NCBI RefSeq assembly: GCF_947489755.1
Contig: NZ_CANLFB010000044.1
Coordinates: 1 to 24,000, forward strand
Origin: an uncultured Psychromonas sp.
GTDB taxonomy: Bacteria > Pseudomonadota > Gammaproteobacteria > Enterobacterales > Psychromonadaceae
Length of the DNA stretch: 24,000 nt
Direction of reading: 5' to 3'
Of the stretch, positions 16,550 through 24,000 are shown in pieces (position 1 is the stretch's first letter; the number at the start of each line of letters is the position of its first letter). The notes under the pieces were generated by a model. The model was not told the DNA's origin, made no database searches, and was given only the letters and a program-made list of their open reading frames with translations. The position numbers and the translations under genes were made by a program.

Positions 16550-16918
16550 AAGGACACGAAGAAAATCCACAAGATTGATTAATATTAATGTTTTTGACCT
16601 AACCTTCTTTACCCTTCGTGCCTTCGTGGTTAAACCGCTTTTGACTTTAAAAAATTGTAACCAGCCACGAAGTCGCTGCGCTACTCGAAGGGCACGAAGA
16701 AAACTGACAAGATTAATTAATATTTTTTGACCTAACCTTCTCTACCCTTCGTGCCTTCGTGGTTAAATTGCTTTTGACTTTAAAAAATATTAATCAACCA
16801 CGAAGCAGCTACGCTACATGAAGGACACGAAGAAAATCCACAAGATTAATTAATATTTTTTGACCTAACCTTATTTACCCTTCGTGACTTCGTGGTTAAA
16901 TCGTTTTTGACTTTAAAA
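16550..16918 (+). repeat. Tandem array of about 2.7 units of a 133-138-bp intergenic repeat with internal inverted repeats
   Basis: Units start at 16550, 16688 and 16821, each with aagg[ag]cacgaagaaaa. Each unit holds cttcgtgcc, which pairs with ggcacgaag, and cttcgtggtt, which pairs with aaccacgaag. The array begins 2 nt after the stop codon. Confidence 0.9.
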
Positions 16919-16940
16919 ATAAATGACTTAATAAAAAACA

Positions 16941-16965
16941 TAAAAAAGGAGCCAACAGGCTCCTT
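16941..16965 (-). terminator. Rho-independent terminator of metC
   Basis: Hairpin aaggagcc-(tgtt)-ggctcctt, followed on the minus strand by ttttttatgttttttatt. It lies about 50 nt downstream of the metC stop. Confidence 0.75.
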
Positions 16966-17014
16966 CGATATTAATATTAAGTTAGAATGTTATTTACAAA
17001 GCTATTCACAAAAA

Positions 17015-18193
17015 CTATTTATTTAATACAGCATTGTAACGATCAAAACCTGCTTCTAAGTCGGCAATTAAATCTTCTGGGCTTTCTAAACCAATATGTA
17101 AACGAATCAACGGCTTGCTGCTATCCCATTTGGTGACGGTTCTAATTTTATCGATACCCGATACGCTTAAAATTAAGCTTTCAAATCCGCCCCATGAAAA
17201 GCCCATTTTAAAGTGATGCATGTTTTCAACTAAGGCCGTTAATGACTTGCTGCTCCCTTCTTTTAATACAAAAGAGAATAGACCGTTAGATGCGCTGAAA
17301 TCTCGTTTGAAAAACTCATGCCCAGGACATGACTCAAAGGCAGGATGACGAATATGATCGACTTCAGGGCGTGTTGCTAACCAATTAGCGACTTGTAACG
17401 CATTCTTTTCATGCTGCGCCATTCTCACGCCTAATGTACGTAAACCACGACTTGCTAAATAGACGTCATCTGGCGAGGTACATTGTCCCATTAAGTAGCT
17501 GTTTTCACGCAACTGTTCCCAATGTGCTTCATTTGATGTCGCAGTGCCCATCATCACATCAGAGTGCCCTACTATGTATTTAGTCGCAGCTTGAATGGAA
17601 ATATCGACGCCCATATCAAATGGACGAGAGTTAATTGGTGAAGCCCATGTGTTATCCAACATCACGACTAAACCATGTTCGTGAGCAATTTTACTGAGCG
17701 TTGGTACATCTTGAATTTCCATGGTTACTGAACCAGGTGATTCTAAAAATAAGACTTTAGTATTGTCTTGAATAAGATCTTTAATACCTGCGCCGATCAT
17801 TGGATCGTAATAGGTTGTTTCGATGCCAAACCCTGCTAATAAACTGTCACACAAAGCGCGTGTTGGTTCATATGCACTGTCTACCATTAATAAATGATCA
17901 CCTGATTTTAAGAAAGACATTAATGAATTACTGATAGCTGCAGAGCCTGATGGGTATAACGCAGTGCCAACGCCGCCTTCCAGTTCAGCAATCGCGGCTT
18001 GAAATGCAAAATGTGTTGGTCCACCACGACGGCCGTAAAACAATTCACCGTTCGCTTTATTTTTAGAGGCAAAACGCATATCTTCCATCGTTTCAAAGGT
18101 CATGGTTGAAGCACGCACTACAGGTGGATTAATGACTCCGTTTGTCCATTTTTTATCACGTCCTAAACTTACTATTTGCGTTTCTTTTTTCAT
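17015..18193 (-). CDS. metC: Cystathionine beta-lyase (PLP-dependent)
   Basis: 392 aa. The N-terminus TQIVSLGRDKKWTNGVINPPVVRASTMTF and the PLP-lysine region IQAATKYIVGHSDVMMG match the MetC/Cys-Met-metabolism family. Confidence 0.9.
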   Translation of the reverse strand: MKKETQIVSLGRDKKWTNGVINPPVVRASTMTFETMEDMRFASKNKANGELFYGRRGGPTHFAFQAAIAELEGGVGTALYPSGSAAISNSLMSFLKSGDHLLMVDSAYEPTRALCDSLLAGFGIETTYYDPMIGAGIKDLIQDNTKVLFLESPGSVTMEIQDVPTLSKIAHEHGLVVMLDNTWASPINSRPFDMGVDISIQAATKYIVGHSDVMMGTATSNEAHWEQLRENSYLMGQCTSPDDVYLASRGLRTLGVRMAQHEKNALQVANWLATRPEVDHIRHPAFESCPGHEFFKRDFSASNGLFSFVLKEGSSKSLTALVENMHHFKMGFSWGGFESLILSVSGIDKIRTVTKWDSSKPLIRLHIGLESPEDLIADLEAGFDRYNAVLNK

Positions 18194-18464
18194 TTGACCT
18201 ATCCATTCATCATGTTAGAAAATATATAAGAAACATATATTAACACTTCAAATAAAGATGAACAGCGACTATCTCGTCATATCTTAGTCCGTTATGTTTA
18301 CCTTAAAAACATCCGCTGATTATTGGTAAACGCTGTTGCCATTAATCGTTACGGTAATTTCAATCCAGTAATCTCATAGCCAGGACCCCAAGTGGATAGA
18401 TTCATTTCATTACATAACATTTCATAATAGGTATAATCATTTCTTTTTGTCTAATAGGCTGAAC

Positions 18465-18968
18465 ATGCAATTTGAAACTCACTTCATGCTAGATCGTGAA
18501 CACTATGCAGAGTGTTTTGATCAATCAATGTTATTAAAAGGGCCACAAAAGCCACGCTATGCTTTTATTATTGGTTTAATCATTGCGGGTCTGTTTTTTT
18601 TATTTGCAACGGATGTACAAGGTTTATTAGCTTGGTTCTTTTTTGCTATCGCCGTGTTGGAATATTTCAGTTTTAAATACAAACGACCATGGTGGTTAAC
18701 ACGACAAATGATGAGTAAAAATGCGGGTAATCAAATTACCCTTATTTTTGATGATCAAGGTATTGAAAATAAGAGCGTTTACATCAATAACCAATTAGCG
18801 TGGCAGTCTATTGATAGTTTTTACGAAACAGATGCTGGTTTTATGTTGAACTTACATCAAGGTGGACAGCAGTATTTAAGTAAAGCTTGTTTAGATGATT
18901 CGATACAAGCTTATATTCAGCAACAATTAAGTGGCAAAAAGCAGCCTATTCCTTCTCTAGCGAAGTAA
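18465..18968 (+). CDS. YcxB-like membrane protein
   Basis: Two central TM helices are followed by a C-terminal block (LIFDDQGIENKS...LAWQSIDSFYETDAGFMLNL...QYLSKACL) typical of the YcxB-like domain. I prefer the ATG at 18465 over the TTG at 18447. Confidence 0.55.
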   Translation: MQFETHFMLDREHYAECFDQSMLLKGPQKPRYAFIIGLIIAGLFFLFATDVQGLLAWFFFAIAVLEYFSFKYKRPWWLTRQMMSKNAGNQITLIFDDQGIENKSVYINNQLAWQSIDSFYETDAGFMLNLHQGGQQYLSKACLDDSIQAYIQQQLSGKKQPIPSLAK

Positions 18969-19047
18969 TAAACTCTTCTCTAACAAAGTAGTAAACTGTC
19001 GCCATTTTTATAAAAAAAGCACAATGAATAGGTGAAACGATATCCGC

Positions 19048-19917
19048 TTAATGGTTTTGTTTCACAAATTCTAAAAAGGCTCTGTCTGCTTTAGATAAAT
19101 AACCCTTTTTTCTCCAGGCAATGGAGATATCCAGAAAAATAGGCTCTTCAAAGGGAATAGAAATAATATCTGGTTCTTTTTCTGTGGCTAATTCAAGCAA
19201 CGCCGTTATTGCAAAATCACGTTTTACAATTTTAAGGATCACCGCCAATAAGTTAGTTTCAAAGGAAAAGTCAGCGGTTAATTTTTCTTGTCGGCAAATA
19301 TCATCTAACTTTTCACGATGAAAATACCCCTTTTTAAACATCACCAATTCCTGCGAAAAAAACTCGGCATAAGTCAGTGATTTTTTATCCGCAAACTCAT
19401 GTTCAGTATTCACCACTGCCACCATTTGTGAGCGAATGAGATGTTCAGAATCTAATGCTTCTGGTAAATTTCGCGCTTGAATAATACCAAGGTCAATTTC
19501 TCCATCGAGTAGCATTTTTTGTATCGACTGAGCACCGGCGTCAATAATAATGAGCTTTAGTTTGGGATAACGACTTTTAAAAGCCATTAATACATCGGGA
19601 AAATAATAGCTCCCCATAATGCTCGGCACACCTAAACGCACTTCGCCTTTTTCTAAACCTCTTAATTCTTTCATGGCTAAAGTCGCATCGTCGAGTTGTT
19701 GGATGATTTGTTTTGCATGCACCAACAGGATTTCGCCTTCATGGGTAAGCGTTATTTTTCGTTCATTACGACGGAAAAGTTCAAGCTCTAATTGCGCTTC
19801 TAACTTTTTAATCGCCACGCTTAAAGCGGGTTGTGCGATGTGCAACGCATTAGCGGCATGTGTGATATTTTGATACTTTGCCACCGCAGCAAAATAGGTA
19901 AGAAGTCGAGTGTCCAT
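19048..19917 (-). CDS. LysR-family transcriptional regulator
   Basis: It has the N-terminal wHTH LLTYFAAVAKYQNITHAANALHIAQPALSVAIKKLEAQLELELF and a LysR effector domain. It is divergent from an MFS gene. Confidence 0.85.
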   Translation of the reverse strand: MDTRLLTYFAAVAKYQNITHAANALHIAQPALSVAIKKLEAQLELELFRRNERKITLTHEGEILLVHAKQIIQQLDDATLAMKELRGLEKGEVRLGVPSIMGSYYFPDVLMAFKSRYPKLKLIIIDAGAQSIQKMLLDGEIDLGIIQARNLPEALDSEHLIRSQMVAVVNTEHEFADKKSLTYAEFFSQELVMFKKGYFHREKLDDICRQEKLTADFSFETNLLAVILKIVKRDFAITALLELATEKEPDIISIPFEEPIFLDISIAWRKKGYLSKADRAFLEFVKQNH

Positions 19918-19920
19918 GCT

Positions 19921-19935
19921 ATAACCAAAAACTAT
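19921..19935. promoter_or_regulatory. Candidate LysR box (ATA-N9-TAT, T-N11-A type)
   Basis: The dyad ataaccaaaaactat lies immediately upstream of the LysR start, in the short divergent intergenic region. Confidence 0.3.
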
Positions 19936-20018
19936 TGAAGTGATAATTATTATATATTTTCACTATTGTAATGAACTTGCTACTGTTTCGTTCTCGTTTC
20001 CTCTTGGTGATCACACAG

Positions 20019-21242
20019 ATGATTGAATTTCGCAGTAAAGCTTATTATAAAGTCAGTGCCGCACTCGCTTTTGGCTCATTTTTAGTTTTTTGTAATCTGT
20101 ATTTATTTCAACCTATGTTGCCCGTCTTAGCAAAAGACTTTGCCGTATCTGCAACACAAATTAATTGGTTACTCGCTGCTGGCACACTCACTCTTGCAAT
20201 CATGTTACTGCCATGGGCGTTTGCTTCTGAGTTGATAGGTCGCCGTAAAGTGCTATTAATGAGTTTATTTTTATTACCCGTTATTGGGTTAACCTCGTTG
20301 TTAACAAACGACTTGCTACTTTTAATTATAAGTCGTGCATTAATGGGAATGGCATTAGCCGGATTTACTGCAGTCGCGGTCGCTTATATGGCGGAAGAAT
20401 TTTCAGCTAAGGCATTTAGCTACGGGATTGGCGCTTATATCAGTGCGAACTCACTCGGTGGTATTTCAGGGCGAATATTTGGCGGCATGATAACTGATCA
20501 CTTTAATTGGCAAACAGCAGTCGCTTGTATGGCGTTACTCAGTTTAATAGGTGCAATATTAGTTGCGTTAGTGTTACCCAAACCAAGTAATAAAGCTGTA
20601 AAAAGTGTCCCTACCTCTCAATATCACCACGTTATTATTCAACATTTAAAAAATAAAAAGATTTTCTTCGCGATGTTAATTGGTGGACTTAATTTTGCGC
20701 TGTTCATGAATTTATATACGGTAGCTGGGTTTCGATTAGTCAGTGAACCTTATTCAATGCCTGTTAGTATCGCATCGATGATTTTCTTATGCTACCTGTC
20801 TGGTACGTTGAGCTCTCGATTAGTCGGTATTTGGTGTCAACGGTTTAAGCCGATTACCGGTATGTTCGCGGGGGCGACTCTAGGATTACTGGGTATGCTG
20901 GTGGCAAGTTATGATTCTTTAGTGGTTATATTAATTGGATTAAATTTATTGAGCTTTGGTGCTTTTTTCACTCACTCCCTTGCTTATGGCTGGGTGAGTC
21001 AGCAAGCTGAACACTCTAAATCTACCGCGACGGCTCTGTATCTCGTTCATTATTATGTATCTGGCAGTTTAGGTGGTTTTTATCTGATGTATTGTTGGCA
21101 ACATGGTGGCTGGGAAATGGTGATGTTGGGCGCAGGATTATTATATATAGTTATCTTTGGCTTATGTGCTGCTTTATACCACCACACTAATATTAAGCAA
21201 AAAAGCAATGCGGCAGACACATCACTAATAAGTAAGGCTTAA
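20019..21242 (+). CDS. MFS transporter, YnfM-like
   Basis: About 12 TM segments. The N-terminus FLVFCNLYLFQPMLPVLAKDFAVSATQ resembles YnfM-type MFS. The start may be 19971 or 20019, and 20019 leaves room for the divergent promoter. Confidence 0.75.
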   Translation: MIEFRSKAYYKVSAALAFGSFLVFCNLYLFQPMLPVLAKDFAVSATQINWLLAAGTLTLAIMLLPWAFASELIGRRKVLLMSLFLLPVIGLTSLLTNDLLLLIISRALMGMALAGFTAVAVAYMAEEFSAKAFSYGIGAYISANSLGGISGRIFGGMITDHFNWQTAVACMALLSLIGAILVALVLPKPSNKAVKSVPTSQYHHVIIQHLKNKKIFFAMLIGGLNFALFMNLYTVAGFRLVSEPYSMPVSIASMIFLCYLSGTLSSRLVGIWCQRFKPITGMFAGATLGLLGMLVASYDSLVVILIGLNLLSFGAFFTHSLAYGWVSQQAEHSKSTATALYLVHYYVSGSLGGFYLMYCWQHGGWEMVMLGAGLLYIVIFGLCAALYHHTNIKQKSNAADTSLISKA

Positions 21243-21316
21243 TCTATTAAGTCGTTTATTAATTATCTAAAATTTAAGCTATATAAGTTTCTAAGTTTAA
21301 GCTTTCTCGATTTATA

Positions 21317-21649
21317 CTATGTAAAGTTTAAGTTATCTAAAGTCGTTATCGGATAAGTGCCATAGGCGACTTCTTCGTAAGGATGAGTCTGTATCATTGC
21401 CGCTAAAGCAGCTTTTAATAAAGGTTTTTTACAGACCATTTCAACTCGATATTCAACTAATCTCGTTAACTCACCTCGTTCGCCAATAGTTGGTGTTGCA
21501 GAAGAGAGAGGTTTAAATTGCCCTTGACCTAATGTTTGCCAAGCACACTCTTGGTAATCACCGACACTACCAGCACCCGCGTTAAACATCGCTTGCTTAA
21601 CAACTTCAAGTGCCGTTTCAGGTACGTAAAAGTAGACTTGATACAGCAT
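21317..21649 (-). CDS. YqfO-like / NIF3 C-terminal-insert-like small protein
   Basis: 110 aa. The blocks YFYVPE..LE.VKQAMFNAGAG..G.Y..C.WQ.LGQGQF.P and EYRVEMVC...HPYEE.AY match the short standalone family commonly annotated as YqfO. Confidence 0.6.
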   Translation of the reverse strand: MLYQVYFYVPETALEVVKQAMFNAGAGSVGDYQECAWQTLGQGQFKPLSSATPTIGERGELTRLVEYRVEMVCKKPLLKAALAAMIQTHPYEEVAYGTYPITTLDNLNFT

Positions 21650-21679
21650 TGGTAGTCCTCTCTTTTTAAATATCAGTTA

Positions 21680-22075
21680 TTAAACTGATGAGGTTTTACG
21701 GTTCACAACAAAAAATAGTAACCAGCAAGGTAAGCAAACAATAATAGTCGTCAAAATATCGAACCATGAATGGTAATCTAACTGCGTCATCACAAAACCA
21801 TAAGCGAGCATGCTAACAAAAGCGTAGCCCCCCACTTTAACGTTCACACTCAGCAATGCAAAAACGATCACAGCAACAGCCACTGTATGCGAGCTAAAAT
21901 TAGCCTCCATTGATTGCCACCAGCCGAAATACTGCTCTATAAAAGCAAAACCATAAGCATATAAATAACCTGCTGCAAAAGCGATAGTAAAGCTTTTTGT
22001 CATTGCAAAACGCAGGTAATAAACACCGCATAGTGCAAGTAAGGGTGAATATAGGTCTGCTATTATCGATAGCAT
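21680..22075 (-). CDS. Small 4-TM membrane protein, possibly a truncated PAP2-like phosphatase
   Basis: FSSHT and YHSWFD (HxxxD) resemble PAP2 motifs C2 and C3. There is no C1 motif (KxxxxxxRP). Confidence 0.3.
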   Translation of the reverse strand: MLSIIADLYSPLLALCGVYYLRFAMTKSFTIAFAAGYLYAYGFAFIEQYFGWWQSMEANFSSHTVAVAVIVFALLSVNVKVGGYAFVSMLAYGFVMTQLDYHSWFDILTTIIVCLPCWLLFFVVNRKTSSV

Positions 22076-22196
22076 TGTTGGCCTCTTTTTATAATAATTA
22101 AATAGTGTCTAACATGGTTTAAGTAGTAATGTTACCTAAGCACTTATTATACGAATCTAGGATTTAATAGTCCTTGCTTACACTCATTTATTTACA

Positions 22197-23111
22197 CTAC
22201 TCGTTAGTTTTCTCTTGGGTATAATCAATGGTATGGTCGCAGTTATCCTGCTGTTCACAGTCATTAATACCATCTGAATCTGCATCCCAACTTTCATGCA
22301 TAGTCGTATTCTTGCTATTTTGAGTCGACTTTTTATCAGTGGTAATCGGTCTAAATGTCGCGTGTCGATCATTTTTTGGATCTAATGATACAAGTTGTAA
22401 TGTCAGTTTATTAGATTGTGTTGGATAATCCGCTGCGGCTTGTTTAGGCCCGTGACTTTTAAAGTGAACTTCAATCATGCCTTCTTGAACAAATACATTA
22501 TCTTTGACAACGCTTTTCTCTTTAATCACTATCGCTTGTTCACGAATACGATTACCTAATAACTCGGAGCTTAAATGTGTTGCTTGTTGGCTATCAAAAT
22601 CATACGAAAAAAGTCCAACGTAATCGAAAATACCACGGCCAGCAGTATTAATAACAAAAGGCGCAGCGAAATAAGTAATGCCTGTTCTATTGTCTGCTAA
22701 CAAACTTAACTTAGACATGTTTAAAAAAACGGAACCTTTTTCATAAACCGCTTTATCATGCCCGTCAGTTGTTTCCTGCCCAATTACTTTATGCTCTGTT
22801 ATTTCCTGCTCAGGCGAAGACACTAAGTCTTGATAATACCCGCGAAGATAGATCTCTTGTTCCACTTGCTCTGCTTTATCTAAACTCACTAGCCGTTGAT
22901 TACCAGGATACACAATCGAAACAGGATGAGGTTTAGATAGCGATTGGAAAATCATTTTTTCAGTTTTATCTTCACAGCTATTTTGTTCAGCATTCCAATA
23001 GCCATCAATGTTTGTGCAAGCCTCTGGTGTATTCGCTCTATTTTGTAAAAAATACGACACAATGACGATAACAACCAACGCTACCAATACTTTACTCAAG
23101 GTTTTGAACAT
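22197..23111 (-). CDS. Hypothetical secreted or anchored protein with an acidic C-terminal DxDxDG-type (thrombospondin-3-like) motif
   Basis: The preferred start, MFKTLSKVLVALVVIVIVSYF at 23111, lies 1 nt after the truC stop and gives a signal/anchor. The C-terminus reads WDADSDGINDCEQQDNCD. I recognise no family for the central domain. Confidence 0.5.
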   Translation of the reverse strand: MFKTLSKVLVALVVIVIVSYFLQNRANTPEACTNIDGYWNAEQNSCEDKTEKMIFQSLSKPHPVSIVYPGNQRLVSLDKAEQVEQEIYLRGYYQDLVSSPEQEITEHKVIGQETTDGHDKAVYEKGSVFLNMSKLSLLADNRTGITYFAAPFVINTAGRGIFDYVGLFSYDFDSQQATHLSSELLGNRIREQAIVIKEKSVVKDNVFVQEGMIEVHFKSHGPKQAAADYPTQSNKLTLQLVSLDPKNDRHATFRPITTDKKSTQNSKNTTMHESWDADSDGINDCEQQDNCDHTIDYTQEKTNE

Positions 23112-23112
23112 A

Positions 23113-23979
23113 TTATTTCTCAACTGATAGATTAATCTCAGATAATACTCGTGCAAACTCACTGGTTAGTGGTGCATGTATCTCGATTTTTTGCTCTGTT
23201 TTAGGGTGAATAACACTTAAATAAGCAGCATGTAATAGTAAACGATGGATATCAAAGTTATCCCTAAACATCGTGTTATGTTTACCGTCACCGTGTGAAG
23301 TATCACCGACAATCGGATGTCGTAGATGTTTCATGTGACGACGCAATTGATGCTTACGGCCAGTTTTAGGGATTAGTTTCATGAGTGAATAACGAGCACT
23401 TTCATAAGGTCCAACGGCAATCGGCACTTCTGTTTGAGCTAAACAACTATACTCTGTCACGGCTTCTTGTGGCGGTTTTGTCATATCGGCTTTTTTATCA
23501 GCAATTTTATCGTATTGATATTTCAAAGGATAATCTAACAGCCCTTGATCTAGGTGCCCTCGCACGACCGCAACATAACTTTTTTCAGTTGTTTGGTCGA
23601 CAAACTGCTGCATTAAATGCCGAGCACTGTCTTTATCCAATACAAACAGCAAAACACCTGAAGTCGGTCTATCCAAACGATGTACTGGATACACGTGCTG
23701 ACCTATTTGATCGCGTAGCTTTTGAACAGCAAACTCGGTTGCATGAGTATCTAACCAACTACGATGAACCAGTAAACCTGATGGCTTATTAATCGCAACC
23801 AAATAATCGTCTTGATATAAAATATCTAATTCAGGGCTACTGCTCTCAACCACAATATCTTGCTGCTCTTCTACCGTCGCCAGCATTGTGTCGATATTAT
23901 CAAGATCATCTTCTTGATGTTCATGTAAATCAGGGGCTAATTCTGTTTGTTGTTTCATGCTACTCACTTGCAAATACAT
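23113..23979 (-). CDS. truC: tRNA pseudouridine(65) synthase TruC (RluA family)
   Basis: It is colinear with E. coli TruC as I remember it: ILYQD.YLVA.NKPSG, QIGQHV...HRLDRPTSGVLLF, PKTGRKHQLRRH..HLRHPI.GD..HGD. A roughly 50-aa acidic N-terminal extension precedes the core. The true start may be the ATG at 23958 or 23886. Confidence 0.85.
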   Translation of the reverse strand: MYLQVSSMKQQTELAPDLHEHQEDDLDNIDTMLATVEEQQDIVVESSSPELDILYQDDYLVAINKPSGLLVHRSWLDTHATEFAVQKLRDQIGQHVYPVHRLDRPTSGVLLFVLDKDSARHLMQQFVDQTTEKSYVAVVRGHLDQGLLDYPLKYQYDKIADKKADMTKPPQEAVTEYSCLAQTEVPIAVGPYESARYSLMKLIPKTGRKHQLRRHMKHLRHPIVGDTSHGDGKHNTMFRDNFDIHRLLLHAAYLSVIHPKTEQKIEIHAPLTSEFARVLSEINLSVEK

Positions 23980-24000
23980 TGTTATAGAAAATGATACGGC

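Noticed and set aside
16550-16918. Tandem repeats considered as a CRISPR array
   Set aside because: The period is about 135 bp. Whole units are similar to one another, so there are no unique spacers, there is no short 25-40-bp direct repeat, and there are no cas genes in the window.
18194-18300. MetJ boxes (AGACGTCT tandem repeats) upstream of metC
   Set aside because: Only AT-rich partial dyads such as gttagaaaatatat...atatattaac are present. There is no convincing tandem met-box match, so I make no call.
19121-19873. ORFs 19121-19321 and 19619-19873 (both plus strand)
   Set aside because: They are antisense to the LysR regulator CDS.
22184-22372. 62-aa minus-strand ORF
   Set aside because: It is an off-frame overlap with the 3' end of the 22197-23111 CDS.
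23385-23792. 135-aa plus-strand ORF
   Set aside because: It is antisense to truC, which is colinear with E. coli TruC.

Overview
AT-rich window that looks like a marine gammaproteobacterial chromosome; that assignment is an inference from the protein families and no search was run. In order it contains:
- The tail of a Gln/Leu tRNA operon, followed by three decayed tRNA-Leu-derived repeat units, then thioredoxin 2 (trxC).
- A visibly more AT-rich accessory stretch (about 1.6-5.4 kb). It holds two orphan genes and a LysE-family exporter bracketed by two same-orientation degenerate group II intron relics.
- An Lrp/AsnC regulator, ornithine cyclodeaminase and a CtlX-like hydrolase, which suggest a citrulline to ornithine to proline route.
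- A GH8 glycosidase and a minimal 2OG-Fe(II)-oxygenase-like ORF.
- A YbfB/YjiJ-type MFS transporter with its LysR partner, and a CPBP intramembrane protease.
- A translationally coupled DUF2157-DUF4401-GDYXXLXY membrane operon.
- A roughly 135-bp tandem intergenic repeat that also occurs beside trxC.
- metC, a YcxB-like protein, and a second LysR/MFS (YnfM-like) pair.
- A minus-strand run of yqfO-like, PAP2-like, secreted-protein and truC genes.

The best candidates for an undescribed system are the orphan pair at 1918-3497 and the uncharacterised three-gene membrane operon at 13948-16548. In the orphan pair, one product is an MtlR/DUF4145-like helical protein. The other is a 2-TM coiled-coil protein with a C-terminal D...ExK nuclease-like core. 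All functional calls come from reading motifs in the supplied translations and need confirmation by profile searches.
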